Shown here one piece after another: positions 12,437 through 24,654 of a stretch of 64,000 nt of DNA. The notes under the pieces were generated by a model, which saw nothing but the letters and a program-made list of their open reading frames with translations, searched no databases and had not been told where the DNA came from. Position 1 is the stretch's first letter; each line of letters opens with the position of its first letter. Location of the stretch: contig OZ024740.1 in assembly GCA_964016885.1 (NCBI GenBank), forward strand, positions 307,706,001-307,770,000. The letters run 5' to 3'. The DNA is from Eledone cirrhosa (Eukaryota). A program made the position numbers and the translations under genes.

Positions 12437-14027
12437 TGTACCTATATATATCTATATATATATATATAAATAAATATAAATATATATATATATATATAAA
12501 TATATAAATATTAAAGTAGTGATATACAACAATATCATTGAATGGTCAGCTGAAGTAGATCTGTAGTGAAATCTCTTGGCACATACTGACCCCTGCCAAA
12601 TGACATCTGACTGCTATTTCTCTTTATCAGTAGTCTGGAGAGGCTGACCAGCTTGAGGTGAAGTGATATAAGTTTTTCTTTGGGTCATTCGACTCTGGTT
12701 CCCCCGGAAGAGAAGGATCACTTCGAGTTGCTCAAGCAAGATGTAGACTTATCAAAAAAACTCCAGCCCTGTTGACAAGAGCCCAGACAGCAATTCGTCC
12801 ATAGCACTTCAACCACACAGACTCATTTGCCTCTTCATATAGACAACACAGCTCATTGCTACTGCGAGCTTACTACTACCTCTGCTGGTAATACTGACTG
12901 ACTACAACTTGTGACTTTTTAATCAAACATAGTATATTAAACAAAGATTCTCCTACACAACACAGGTCTTTTTGAACACTGTATTCATTTGTGAGTGCTA
13001 CCATCAAACTTTATATTTTTATGATTCGAAGTAATCGTATTCTTTTTCCTTTTTGCTGAAGTGAAATAAAGTTATATATCTAACTAAAATTATTGGTATT
13101 TGTTGTGTTTATCATCCTCTTCCACAACAACCAAAAACTTTGCTTCAGATCCACATGATTTCTTTCTTTAATTTCTTCTTTGACAGCTAATGATATGAAA
13201 GTGGTTAAATTGTATTTATTAAAATGTTATTGTTGTGAATGTAATAAAAGACAGCTATGTATTTGAAAGAGAAGAAGAGAGCCAGTTCAATCCTGTTCAA
13301 TGTGCAGAATATTATTTATGCTGAAACAGAAGGCAAGCTGTTAAGCTAGTTTATTTATTGTGTCACTGTTGGATGGAGGTAGAAGCTTTTGTCACTATCT
13401 CATACACTATTTTTAGCAGTGCTTTCCCCCTACCTCTCCTCCTTATCACCTATCACTACAAACTAGGGCATAAACCATACTAACAAGGAATCAGGTGTCA
13501 TTAATTCTGTTATCCCTAGTTTGTTGGTTACAGTTAGTAGTTGTTTTTTTTTTGTTTTGCTTTTCTTTTCAGCAAACAGTGGTCTGTGCTTACTGGACCC
13601 AGGGTAGGTATATTAGTGAAACAAAAAAAAAAAAAAAATATATATTGAAACATCTGTAAGAAAGATTTAATGTCTGGAACAACTAAAACAGCTCAATATC
13701 AAGGGATGACTAATCTTAATATATATTGTGACCTATTAATTATAGAGATATTAGCATCTATAATACTTAGCCTGTGTACATACACTTATGTATGGAGAAC
13801 TGCATATAGCCATACAGATTGCAATATGCAATGATTAATGCAACTAGTGCAAACCCTTCAGGCTACATACACTAATAGCAACTTTAGATATGACACAAAC
13901 ATTAAGAATAAAGTTATTGTTTTACTTGAGAAATTTCTTCTACATATAATAATTGTTAAATATTTTTACATTAACTATAAAGAGGTTAGCTGCAAATATT
14001 CTCAACAATGTACTTAGAAGCATCTAA

Positions 14028-14084
14028 CAATGCAGAATACTGCTGCTGTTGCTACTGCTACTGTTGCAGCAGTATTCTGCATTG
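14028..14084. repeat. Perfect 19-bp inverted repeat (hairpin)
   Basis: CAATGCAGAATACTGCTGC / GCAGCAGTATTCTGCATTG with a 19-nt loop. Confidence 0.9.
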
Positions 14085-14678
14085 CAGGTTACACATTTTA
14101 CCACTTGGATATCATTGGTTACAACAATACAAGTGATTCTTTTAGCTTCAAACTTCCAGTTTTACACAAAAATTGATTGATCTTACTACTTTAGATACTA
14201 GTTTACAGATACACATTTCAGTGAATATCAATTCATATTGCTACTAGTTTCCAGCAGAGGAATGTATGTATTATTTATTTCCTACTATAAATTTTTGATG
14301 TATGAATAGAAAATTAAGCTAACCTCTAACAAACATGATAAGTTTTAAAAGGAGAGAGAGAGAGAGGGAGAGGAAGAGAAAGAGAACAATCTCATGAATT
14401 GTAATTAAACAATTCTTGTGATATTGTCAAAAAGACTGTGGTGAACTTTCACTGACTACTTACTGGGATGTATTAAAATAAAAACAGGAGTGATGGGGTG
14501 TGTGAAAAAAAAAGGGTTTTAAGTAAAGTAGTAAGGTGTGCCAAAGGAATGCAAAAAAAAAAAAACAAATCAGTAATGTTTGCAGCTAACTTTTTTTTAT
14601 CTAGCTACTTATATTTCTCATGTACTTTGTCAATAATTTAGGTTGAGATTTTTAAATGCCACAGACATCTGGATTAAT

Positions 14679-14773
14679 AGTGCAGCCCCTATTTCTAATA
14701 TTTTATAATTATCACAAAACCTTTAAAAGTGCAGCCCCTATTTCTAATATTTTATAATTATCACAAAACCTTT
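14679..14773. repeat. Perfect 46-bp tandem duplication
   Basis: AGTGCAGCCCC...CACAAAACCTTT at 14679-14724 and 14728-14773, separated by AAA. Confidence 0.95.
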
Positions 14774-15772
14774 CATAGAAAACATTAAGCCCCAATAATA
14801 TTAAAAAATTAAAATCATTGCTACAACAAATTAGTAAACAGACCAATTTCTGGGGTAGATCAAATGTCTCTGAGGACATCTAGAAACATTGTTTTCTATC
14901 ACATTGACATTGGTTTAAGCCACTATTACAGTAGAGACTAAGTTCTAGCAATTCTGTAAACCAATCTGTAGCAGATGTACAGTATAAAACGAGATATCAC
15001 TAGGTTAAATGTCAATAGTAGAGAATAAGTGTGCAGAATAAACAAAATCAAATGTTCAAACATTTATGCAAGAAAGAGAAATCAAATAATAATTACATTA
15101 AATATTTGTTAAAGAAACAAAGTGTGGTTAAGTTGGAGAATAATGTGAAAGTATGTGGAAAAAGTGAAAAAAAATTGCTAAATTCTTTTTCAGAGTCTAT
15201 AACAACACAATCTCAGAACACCTTTATTAGAATTTCTAAGCAGCTGCTTGTCACATTTTAACTAAATTCTATACTTCTCTTACCCCTATTTACAGCTGCT
15301 GAAAAGTTAGTAGTTCTGCTTCCATCATTACACTTGATAACACTAACCACTAAACTTAAGATTACAGCACAAATATTCTATTGCCTGTCTGATTAAACCA
15401 AATATAATATTTGAAGAACTAGATCTTGACAATATTGCCTCTGGATACAGACAAGAATGGACATAAATCGCCTTAACATTTTACTAGATATTCTGAAATT
15501 CTGTCCAATCTTATTACCTGCATTATATACACCAACATTTCTAGAATAGTTATATTTGCTGAAATATTTCCATTGTGATTTAAAATTGTGCTGGTGTTAA
15601 CTTTTTTCTTTTAGCATTTCAAGGGCAATGAAATAAGTTTAAGGATGAAGGGTTGTAGCAATAATCCATACCTTGCCTTCTACTTACAAAGAGAGATAGA
15701 GAAATGAGATGGTGGTGGTGGGGCAACAGAGAGAATCAAATTGGTTTGGTTAATGTGTTGTTTGTAAAACTG

Positions 15773-16940
15773 GAGACTAGTGTATTGAAGAATTGCAAGT
15801 GGGATTTAGGGTGTAAGATAGGAGTATATGAGTGGAGGCTAGTGTATTGAAGAACTGCAAGTGGGATTTAGGGTATAAGATGATAGTATATGAATGGACT
15901 AGTCTATTGAAGAACAACAAGTGGGATTTAGGGTGTAAGATGGTGGTATATGAGTGGAGACTAGTCTATTGAAGAACTACAAGTGGGATTCAGGGTGTAA
16001 GATGGTGGTATATGAGTGGAGACTAGTCTATTGAAGAACTACAAGTGGGATTCAGGGTGTAAGATGGTGGTATATGAGTGGAGACTAGTCTATTGAAGAA
16101 CTACAAGTGGGATTCAGGGTGTAAGATGGTGGTATATGAGTGGAGACTAGTCTATTGAAGAACTACAAGTGGGATTTAGGGTGTAAGATGGTGGTATATG
16201 AGTGGACTAGTCTATTGAAGAACAACAAGTGGGATTTAGGGTGTAAGATGGTGGTATATGAGTGGAGACTAGTCTATTGAAGAACTACAAGTGGGATTTA
16301 GGGTGTAAGATGGTGGTATATGAGTGGAGTAGTGTATTGAAGAACTACAAGTGGGGTTTAGGGTGTAAGATGGTGGTATATGAGTGGAGACTAGTCTATT
16401 GAAGAACTACAAGTGGGATTCAGGGTGTAAGATGGTGGTATATGAGTGGAGTAGTGTATTGAAGAACTACAAGTGGGATTTAGGGTGTAAGATGGTAGTA
16501 TATGAGTGGAAACTAGTCTATTGAAGAACTACAAGTGGGATTTAGGGTGTAAGATGGTGGTATATGAGTGGAGACTAGTCTATTGAAGAACTACAAGTGG
16601 GATTCAGGGTGTAAGATGGTGGTATATGAGTGGAGATGAGTCTATTGAAGAACTACAAGTGGGATTCAGGGTGTAAGATGGTGGTATATGAGTGGAGACT
16701 AGTCTATTGAAGAACTACAAGTGGGATTTAGGGTGTAAGATGGTGGTATATGAGTGGACTAGTCTATTGAAGAACAACAAGTGGGATTTAGGGTGTAAGA
16801 TGGTGGTATATGAGTGGAGACTAGTCTATTGAAGAACTACAAGTGGGATTCAGGGTGTAAGATGGTGGTATATGAGTGGAGATGAGTCTATTGAAGAACT
16901 ACAAGTGGGATTCAGGGTGTAAGATGGTGGTATATGAGTG
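15773..16940. repeat. Minisatellite, 19 units of 60-62 bp
   Basis: Consensus GAGACTAGTCTATTGAAGAACTACAAGTGGGATT(C/T)AGGGTGTAAGATGGTGGTATATGAGTG, head-to-tail, no unique spacers; units counted directly. Confidence 0.98.
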
Positions 16941-17288
16941 TGGAAAGTAGAGAAGCAAATATAATAAAGTGGTTCAACCAAGGGACAGATCAAAACTAAT
17001 AAGTTATAAAGAACAAAGTTTTAGATAAATAACATTTTTCTGAATGATCAAAAGTGCAACACAACACTAGTTTGCCAGATATTACAACAGACCGAAGTGT
17101 ATTTGAACATTGTAGAGAGCCAACAGCTGCCAATAAAGACATTTCTTCTTTGTGTGTTTTTATTGACATTAAATATATGGGAATCCTAAAAATATTGGTA
17201 AAGTGGGTGAGTAACGTGGTGCGATAGACAATTTGTAATTTCTATGTTGTTCATAAAAACTAAGAGAGTGGTGCAGTTTTGCAATGTA

Positions 17289-17527
17289 TTAACCCTTTCA
17301 TAACTGTATTCCTAATGAAAAACATGTTATTAATTTCATGAAGAATTTGGATTATTTAAGAATTTAAATTACTAATTATTTTGTTATTAAGATGGTATTT
17401 GTAACATAAAAGATTTTTCTATGAAAATATGTTGAAAGGTATTAATTCCAAGAGGAACCCTTTAAATAGGAGGATTTGTTTCACAGAAGAAGAGGCAATT
17501 TTGAACAGGTTGGTATTAAAGGGTTAA
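17289..17527. mobile_element. piggyBac-type MITE with TTAA TSD
   Basis: TTAA-CCCTTTCATAAC ... GGTATTAAAGGG-TTAA; a partial right end recurs at ~23850-24004. Confidence 0.7.
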
Positions 17528-17903
17528 CTATTATACCAGATCTCCTGATCTCCAATGGAGTTATATGGTGAAAGCCCTCATTAATGGATATCAAGATATA
17601 AACAGTAGATATAAAAGAAAGCCAGAGTATAACAACTGCACTGGAACAGCCAATATATTTATATTAAATGCTTTGTATAGCTATTCCAATGTAATACAAC
17701 AATAAAGTCACCACCAGAAACAAATCTATATTGCTATATAGTATGACCAGTGAGAAGCTAGTTTTATCTTGGAATCAAAACTGAATTGGGGCTTTAAATA
17801 TTTATCTGAACCAATGATTTGTTGAAACTAAAATCTATCAAAAGAGATTTCAGTGAAGAAAAGTTTTCTTTAATTTTAAAGCTACCTCATCATCATTATT
17901 TTA

Positions 17904-18037
17904 GAGTTACGGCCCTTGCCATTCTGAGTTTGAATCCCGCTGAGGTTAACTTTGCCTTTCATCCTTACGGGGTCGATAAAATAAAGTACCAGTAATGCAC
18001 TGGGTAATTGCTGGCCTTGTGCCAAAAAGTAGAAACA
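17904..18037 (+). mobile_element. 5'-truncated tRNA-derived SINE (MetaSINE-like core)
   Basis: B-box GAGTTTGAATC, core TTTGCCTTTCATCCTTACGGGGTCGATAAAATAAAGTACCAG, 9-bp TSD ATTATTTTA (17895-17903 / 18038-18046). Confidence 0.85.
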
Positions 18038-18835
18038 ATTATTTTAATGCATTTGTTTTTCCACATATAGGCATATATAGCATATCGCCACTGGTTTCCA
18101 TCTTTTGTTTTCTCTTCTTTAAGGTTCAATGTCCTAAGAGCTGACCCGACAACTTCATTGCATTCTTCCTTGGTTTTCCTTTTCTACTTATACCCTCTAC
18201 CAACAACATGTGGCATTTGTTCATGTATCATACAAAACTGCATACTATTCTGCACACTTTAGCTGATACCATTAATGCTTAGCAAATGTCTTAGGTAGGT
18301 TCTGCCTTATCACTCATGTAGGTTAAAATTCTTCTTCTGTGTACATCTTAAGCCATAGTTATTTTTTTATTTAGCCTGAGATCCCAATATAATATTTGTG
18401 TACAGATAGGTTGTATTGAGTTCACAACATCTCCCTTTCTAGATATTGAGCAAAGTTACACCTCAGATGGCATTAGTATTTTGGGCTCTCAGTTACTAAC
18501 TAGCATTTTGTTATTGTCATGTTGATTTTAGGCCTTTGGACTCTAGACCATGCTTCTACAATTAACAGAAATTCTTTACAAACAAAACTTAGATTCAAGC
18601 ACGCTTATTGTTTATGAAAAAGTACTATAATTTCAAATGGAAAAAAAAACCTAACAATAAAACTGAAAATACCAATGTTCTGTTTAAACATGCATAGAGT
18701 TTACATTAGTACAATTTTAACAGTAAAATAAACAAAATTTTACAGTATATATGTGTGTGTGTATATATAAATAGATATACATATAAAGAGTTAGAAGGCA
18801 GTTTGTTTGAATTTCACCACATTATATTTATTACG

Positions 18836-19017
18836 GTGGATTGGCAGTATCGGTAGAGGGTCGGACACCATGCTTTGACGCATAGAGTAACGGTCCTTGC
18901 TATTCTGAGTTCAAATCGCGCCGAGGTTAACTTTGCCTTTCATCCTTATGGGGTCGATAAAATAAAGTACCAGTAATGCACTGGGTAATTGCTGGCCTTG
19001 TGCCAAAAGTAGAAACA
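18836..19017 (+). mobile_element. Full-length tRNA-derived SINE (MetaSINE-like core)
   Basis: A-box TGGCAGTATCGG, B-box GAGTTCAAATC, near-identical 3' half to the 17904 copy, 15-bp TSD ATTATATTTATTACG (18821-18835 / 19018-19032). Confidence 0.9.
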
Positions 19018-19979
19018 ATTATATTTATTACGTAATCACTGATATACATATTTCAATGGCATCTGTAATGTAATACCCAGATATCATCTCATCAGACAGT
19101 TTTATACTTGCATAAATATTAGTTATGTAAGTTCCTATTCAATATATCAACTGGTAGGCTTAGATGTTGTTTTTTCACTGCTCAGCTAAAATTACCATAT
19201 ATCATCATCATCATTTAATGTCCGCTTTCCCTGCTAGCAAGAGTTGGCCTGGTCTACATAGACCAACCAAGTCAGTACTGAAACAAGGCTACTGACCTCC
19301 CTGACAGGCTGAAGGGTCTATATCCTGCTTACGTATGGTTATATCAAATGCAGAGGAGAAGTTGTGTTTTTTAACACAAATTGAAGGGTCCTCCTAACCC
19401 CATTGTTTGGCAAGCTTTCTATGGCTGGATTCCCTTCCTAACACCAACCACTTTACAGCATGTACTGGGTGCTTTTATTTGTAGATCACCATCACTAGGG
19501 AGGCTGTCATGTCCTTGATGCAACTAAAATCAAAAGTAACATTGGAAAATAACTCACGCCAACAAAACAATAACAAATTTCTTTGAAGCATGTTTTGTTG
19601 TGTATATACCAAAATACAAAAGACCCATCAAGCAGTACAAGCATTGCAACCCTGAAAGGAAATGTGGATGTGTGGCACTGGCAAGCTGAGAGATGGACTC
19701 TGTATGGAAGGAATCCAATGTAATGTACAAGAGGAAATAGTGTGCGTGTGGAAGATGGTAGTTGTATAAGGTGTAAAGAAATCAATGGGTGGAACTTGTG
19801 GAGTCATCATCCCCCCATCCCTTCCCCTTCTCTTTCCTATACCACCCCTTTGAACTTGCCACATGTATCACAAACCTATGATTTTATACTTATCACCCCT
19901 ACACCCCCAGGGCATTATGCTGTCCTCCCCCACCCTACCCCACAGGAACGAGAGGGTTCTTCAGTTGAGTCAATGACTG

Positions 19980-20420
19980 AAAACCTCTCTAGTGCTAGTA
20001 CTACAATAAATGCACTCACTACACTCTGTAAAATGGTTGGTGTTAAGAAGGTCTTCCAGCCTTAGAAACCATGCCAAAAAAGGTCAAGACAACTTCTCTA
20101 GTGCTGTTGCTACAAAAATGCATCTATTACATCCTGTAAGGTGTTTGGTAACAGGAAGGGTATCCTGTTGTAGAAACCATGAAAAAAACAACAACAAAAG
20201 AAAAAAAGATTGAGAGGACTCATCAGTTGTGTCAAGGGCATCATAATCTCTCTAATGCTGCTGACATAAATTGCACCCTATACACTCTGTAAAGTGGTTG
20301 GTGATAGGAAGAGCATCCAATCATAGAAAACTTGCCAAAACAACAGGTAGAGAAGACTCTTTAGTTGTGCTAAAGATATGATTTCCCTAGTGCTGATGTC
20401 CTGATAAAATATACAGTACA
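19980..20420 (+). repeat. Tandem array of a ~100-bp RTE 5'-UTR-derived module (three full copies plus one partial)
   Basis: Repeated CTCTAGTGCT...CAC.CTGTAAAGTGGTTGGTG.TAGGAAG.GCATCCAG..TAGAAA at ~19981, 20091, 20246 and 20381. Confidence 0.7.
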
Positions 20421-20869
20421 AATGAGTACTGACTTGGTCTGTGACAACCTGCTAGCAAGGAGAGCAAATATTAAATGATGATTCATCTTATTTTTAAAAA
20501 AGTTATTGACACTTGGAAGAACGTTAGCAGTTATAACAATTAATCGAAATAAAATCATTTGAGATAGCTTTATTGTAAATGAAATATTTGTCAAATTGAC
20601 AAATTTCTCAGAAAAATTATTTCTGCAAAAATGTTAACAATAATCAAATGTTGTTTCCATTCTAGTTTAACAAACCACAATGGGTCTACTTTTAAACTCA
20701 TATATTATTTTGTCACTTCTATTTATTAAAACGTAATTTCTGATATACGAACGTATAGTGAAAGAATTTTCTGAAATATGTCATTCATGAATGACAAAAA
20801 TGGTCACAGCAACAACTCAGTGTAAGTTATGAAATATAATTATTTATACAAGATATTGTATTTCAAATG

Positions 20870-21100
20870 TTATTGGTAGAATCAATGGAGCCTTAGATTA
20901 AATGCTATCCAGTGTTAGTTATGGCTCTTTATTCTCTGAGTTCAAATCCCACTGAGGTCAACTTTGCTTTTCATTCTTCTGGGGGGGGGGGGGGTCAATA
21001 AAATAAAGTACCAGTCACGTATTACCCCCCCCCCCCCCCCACATACACACACAAACACCCCGGACAAAAAAAGAAAAAATTTCTGGCTTTGTTAGAAATT
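20870..21100 (+). mobile_element. Degenerate SINE of the 18836 family with expanded G14 and C16 tracts
   Basis: GAGTTCAAATCCCACTGAGGTCAACTTTGCTTTTCATTC..GGTCAATAAAATAAAGTACCAG; older copies at ~26555-26700 and ~27700-27890. Confidence 0.7.
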
Positions 21101-21365
21101 ATTAATTTGTTTTATGATGATTTCTATTTTCTCAGCATTTCATTGTTCTGGAGTATAACAATAACTGAGTGTGAATGCTTCAATCCCTCTCCGTTTACCA
21201 TCTCCTACTCAACTAGTATTACTAATACGTTAAATACTTGCTAAAAGTTTGCTTGTTGAAAATATATGTTCAATTTTATTGTATACTATTTGGAAATATC
21301 ACAGAAAAATATGACATTATAATCATTAGTATCTAGTATATATTAATCAGTCAAATGACTTAGAG

Positions 21366-21512
21366 CAGTTTTCCAATCTTTTCGCTACCAAGGACCCCAT
21401 TTATTTAAATGAATTTTGCCACTGACATGAAGAATTTGAAAGAGCTGTCTACTCAAACAAACTCATTGACTCCACAACACTATCTTTGTGAACCACAGGT
21501 TGGGAATTATTG
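21366..21512. mobile_element. hAT (Charlie-like) MITE, degenerate
   Basis: CAGTTTTCCAATCT ... AGGTTGGGAATTATTG ends; 8-bp flanks ACTTAGAG / GCTTAGAA agree at 6/8 positions. Confidence 0.45.
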
Positions 21513-22289
21513 GCTTAGAAAATATCATATATTAGTTTGCTATATCACATTTTAAAGAATAAAGTAGAAAAATGCAAAAAACTATGAGATATTGAATTTC
21601 TTATTCTGGTAATTAAGTCAATAATACAGCTTGATATGTGAATTTGTTGATCTATTTTCTTCTTAAGCCTTATTGCTAGCTAATATTTCTTCTTAATGGC
21701 CATGTAAGGAAATTTTAAAATTCAGGTGGTAAGGAAGGTATGTTCACATATAATGTAGAGGATGTTGGATCTGAACTGCAAAACAGATTTCATATTCTGT
21801 GGGATAAAGTTTAATTATTGTCAAAGGTGTTTAATTTATTCAAAGTAGAAGGATTTTAAATAAAAACTCTCAGTGAATTTTAACTCTTCAATATAAAGAA
21901 ACTAATACATTATCCCAAGGTTATTTTTATTAATAATGATATTGGTGGGTGGTCTGGATTGGCACAGGTTAATCAGAGCCATGGCACACATGCTACTAAC
22001 TAAATGTTTGGGCACTAAGCTACTTACACAACATATATTATATATAGGTTAGGTCTAAACTACAGTAAAGAAAAGGCCAATCATCCACATCCAACTTTCA
22101 TTCATCATTATGTTACAATCATTGAGCTTGTATATCCTGCTCCATTTTATTTTAATTGCTTATAAAAGAGTTCAGTTAAATGTGGCTGTTCATTAATATC
22201 TCACTAATTTTCAACAAACTGCAGAACCATTCTAATGCTAGTATACAACTCTCACAAAAATATGCTAGTTTTGTTTTACATATGGAAAA

Positions 22290-22680
22290 TGACCTCAAAC
22301 TGGCTGGTGCGCAGGCTTGACCAACACTGTCTGGCAGGTGTTCTTTTGGTCTCCCAACCCCAGAGTGGCCAGACTGGAGGTAATTGAACTTCAATGGAGG
22401 ATTGAAGAGGACTCTCCAGTTTGGCCTAGTATATGACAACCTTTCTAGTGTTGGCGCCACAATAAAATGCACCCAGTATACCATGTAAAGTGGTAATGCT
22501 GGTGTGATGAAAAACACACACATGCTGGTGTTATGAAAAATGCATCCAGCACACCTTGTATGGTAGTTAGTGTTTGAGCAAGATTGGTCACTCCAACCTG
22601 ATTGGTCTTGGACTGAGACAATCGAACCAATCCATGCCAGCATAGAAAGGGAGAACATAAAATGATGATAATGATGTCAG
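22290..22680 (+). mobile_element. RTE-related non-autonomous element (5'-UTR module plus RTE 3' tail)
   Basis: Contains the CTAGTG..CACCCAGTA module and ends CCATGCCAGCATAGAAAG..AAATGATGATAATGATG, like the RTE tail at 40170-40203; similar elements at 19200-19500(-), 25960-26300, 40250-40520(-), 43800-44106 and 54590-54903. Confidence 0.6.
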
Positions 22681-23390
22681 TAGTAGATTGTAAAATAAAG
22701 ATCATACACAAGGAGGGAGAAAGTTTGAGCAGCATGCAACTGCGGGAGAAATCACCAAAGCAGGATATAAGTGTTGTACAAGATGAATATCAAAAATGTA
22801 TTTAATTAGAAGGGTAACATGGATTAACGATGTTTAGAGGAGGGATGTAATCTAATAATTTGTTAATAGAGGGGGGGGGGGATGCTTAAAAGTAGGAGTA
22901 TAATTTTTATTTTCTGTTGCACAACCTACTGATTTAAATGGTAAACAACTCAAGTATAACTAGCATGTTGACTTTTCCTTCATATGTATATGAAAGTCAA
23001 TTAATCTAACTTGTTTGAAGCTATGAGATAAAATTGCCATTCAAAAGGCATAGCACGGATGTCATATATCTAGAAAAATCCATAGATTTAAAATCCTTCC
23101 CAGAAATTTAATTTTTTAAATCCTAATTTCTTAAGAAATGAGGTTAAGAAATCAAATTAGTGTTGTGATTTTTGACACTATTAGTTGACATATTAATTTC
23201 TGTTGCAGAGAATAAATTTGAAAAACATGTCAACTCAAGTAATTAAGGATTACTATTTTACTACCTCCTTTGCTAATAAATAAATATATAAATGAAAAAA
23301 AAAAAAAAAAATGACCCCTTTTCTCAAGTTATATTTCTAATTACATTTTTTTTTTTCAAAATTCTTTATATATTCTTTTATTGGTTTCAG

Positions 23391-23394
<4 letters not shown>

Positions 23395-23452
<58 letters not shown>
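23395..23452. repeat. (TA)n microsatellite
   Basis: Uninterrupted TA run; other long runs at ~9353-9378, 11991-12016 and 61702-61748. Confidence 0.95.
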
Positions 23453-23456
<4 letters not shown>

Positions 23457-24654
23457 CAAACATGTGTGTTTGTGTGTCCTTAAATGCTTAAAATGACTCA
23501 TCCAAATAACACTAGAAGTTATATAACTTCATTATCATTTTACATCTGGAATGGGTTAAATGGGTTGTTGTGAACTAAGTCAGTTCTTAATCAAAGTTAC
23601 TGCTCTCTTGGATGGGTTATGGGCCCCACTGTCCTTTTATGTTTCATATGTCTGATGAGTATAATATTCTAACAAGGCTAAGAGAGATGGAATGTAGTTA
23701 ACTCTTTGGTTACATATTTCTAATTTTCATATTGGTGCCATAAAAAAAAGCACGCAGTCCACCTTGTGAAAGGATATTCAATCATAGAATCCATGTCAAA
23801 AGGGAATGCAAAAGCAAGAGACAGTTGTCTGACCTGCCTGTCTAACCTCAGAAAATTTGAAGAATTTAATAAAATAATTAACCATTTCATTAATAAGCTG
23901 ATGTTTCTTAAATAAAATTATAATGGAAGGTTTTCATATATCATATGAACATTGTGCATCATAAACCCAGGGTGATTTCAGGTGGGTTGGTATCAAAAGG
24001 GTTGAGAGAAACTATGTTGAGCTACTACCATAAAAAGAAAAACCCTGAATAGCATAATTCTAGCATCAAGACAAGCACAAGATTTATTTGCAATAAATTA
24101 CAGCCTAATATTAAATGTATCTGAAGTCATGTTTTGGTTATACATTTTAAAAGCATATGCTATTTATGAAAAATTCCAGAATTCAAACCAGTTGAAAGGA
24201 AAACAGAGTGGTCACTGTTGAGGTTAGACTACAGTAAGCATGACTAAGAAAATTACATCAGAAAATTGCCTGGCTCAGTACTAGCATGACCAATATCATT
24301 CTAATTGCTTGATCAAAACATTTGCTTTTAAAATGTGACATAGCATGAGAAGGTTGGCCAGTGAAATGTGAAATTGTGACTTGGATTTGCAGAGTCATAA
24401 ATAAGATTATTTTATCAAGCAAATGATTCAAACATAAAGGATGACATTAATAGACATTAAAAAAAAAGTTGGATTTATCATTTTTATGTGTGAGTATGTG
24501 TGTGTGCACAGAGACAACATACATGCACACTTATTCCTCCTCACATACTCATACTGCTATATTTATTGCTATATCCCCCCCCCCCCTTGCCCAGCAATAC
24601 CAGCATGAAAAGCTGTGCTCACTGCTCCCACCACAATGTTGTTCGTCCTTCAAA

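Noticed and set aside
12563-13129. Solo LTR (TGT...ACA with AATAAA)
   Set aside because: No target-site duplication, PBS or PPT, and no second copy; the same applies to a candidate at ~51400-51659.
15773-16940. CRISPR array or interstitial telomere
   Set aside because: Units are contiguous with no unique spacers and no cas genes; TTAGGG occurs once per unit at most, not in tandem.
18836-18925. tRNA gene
   Set aside because: A/B boxes are present but there is no cloverleaf, and it continues into a SINE body flanked by a TSD.
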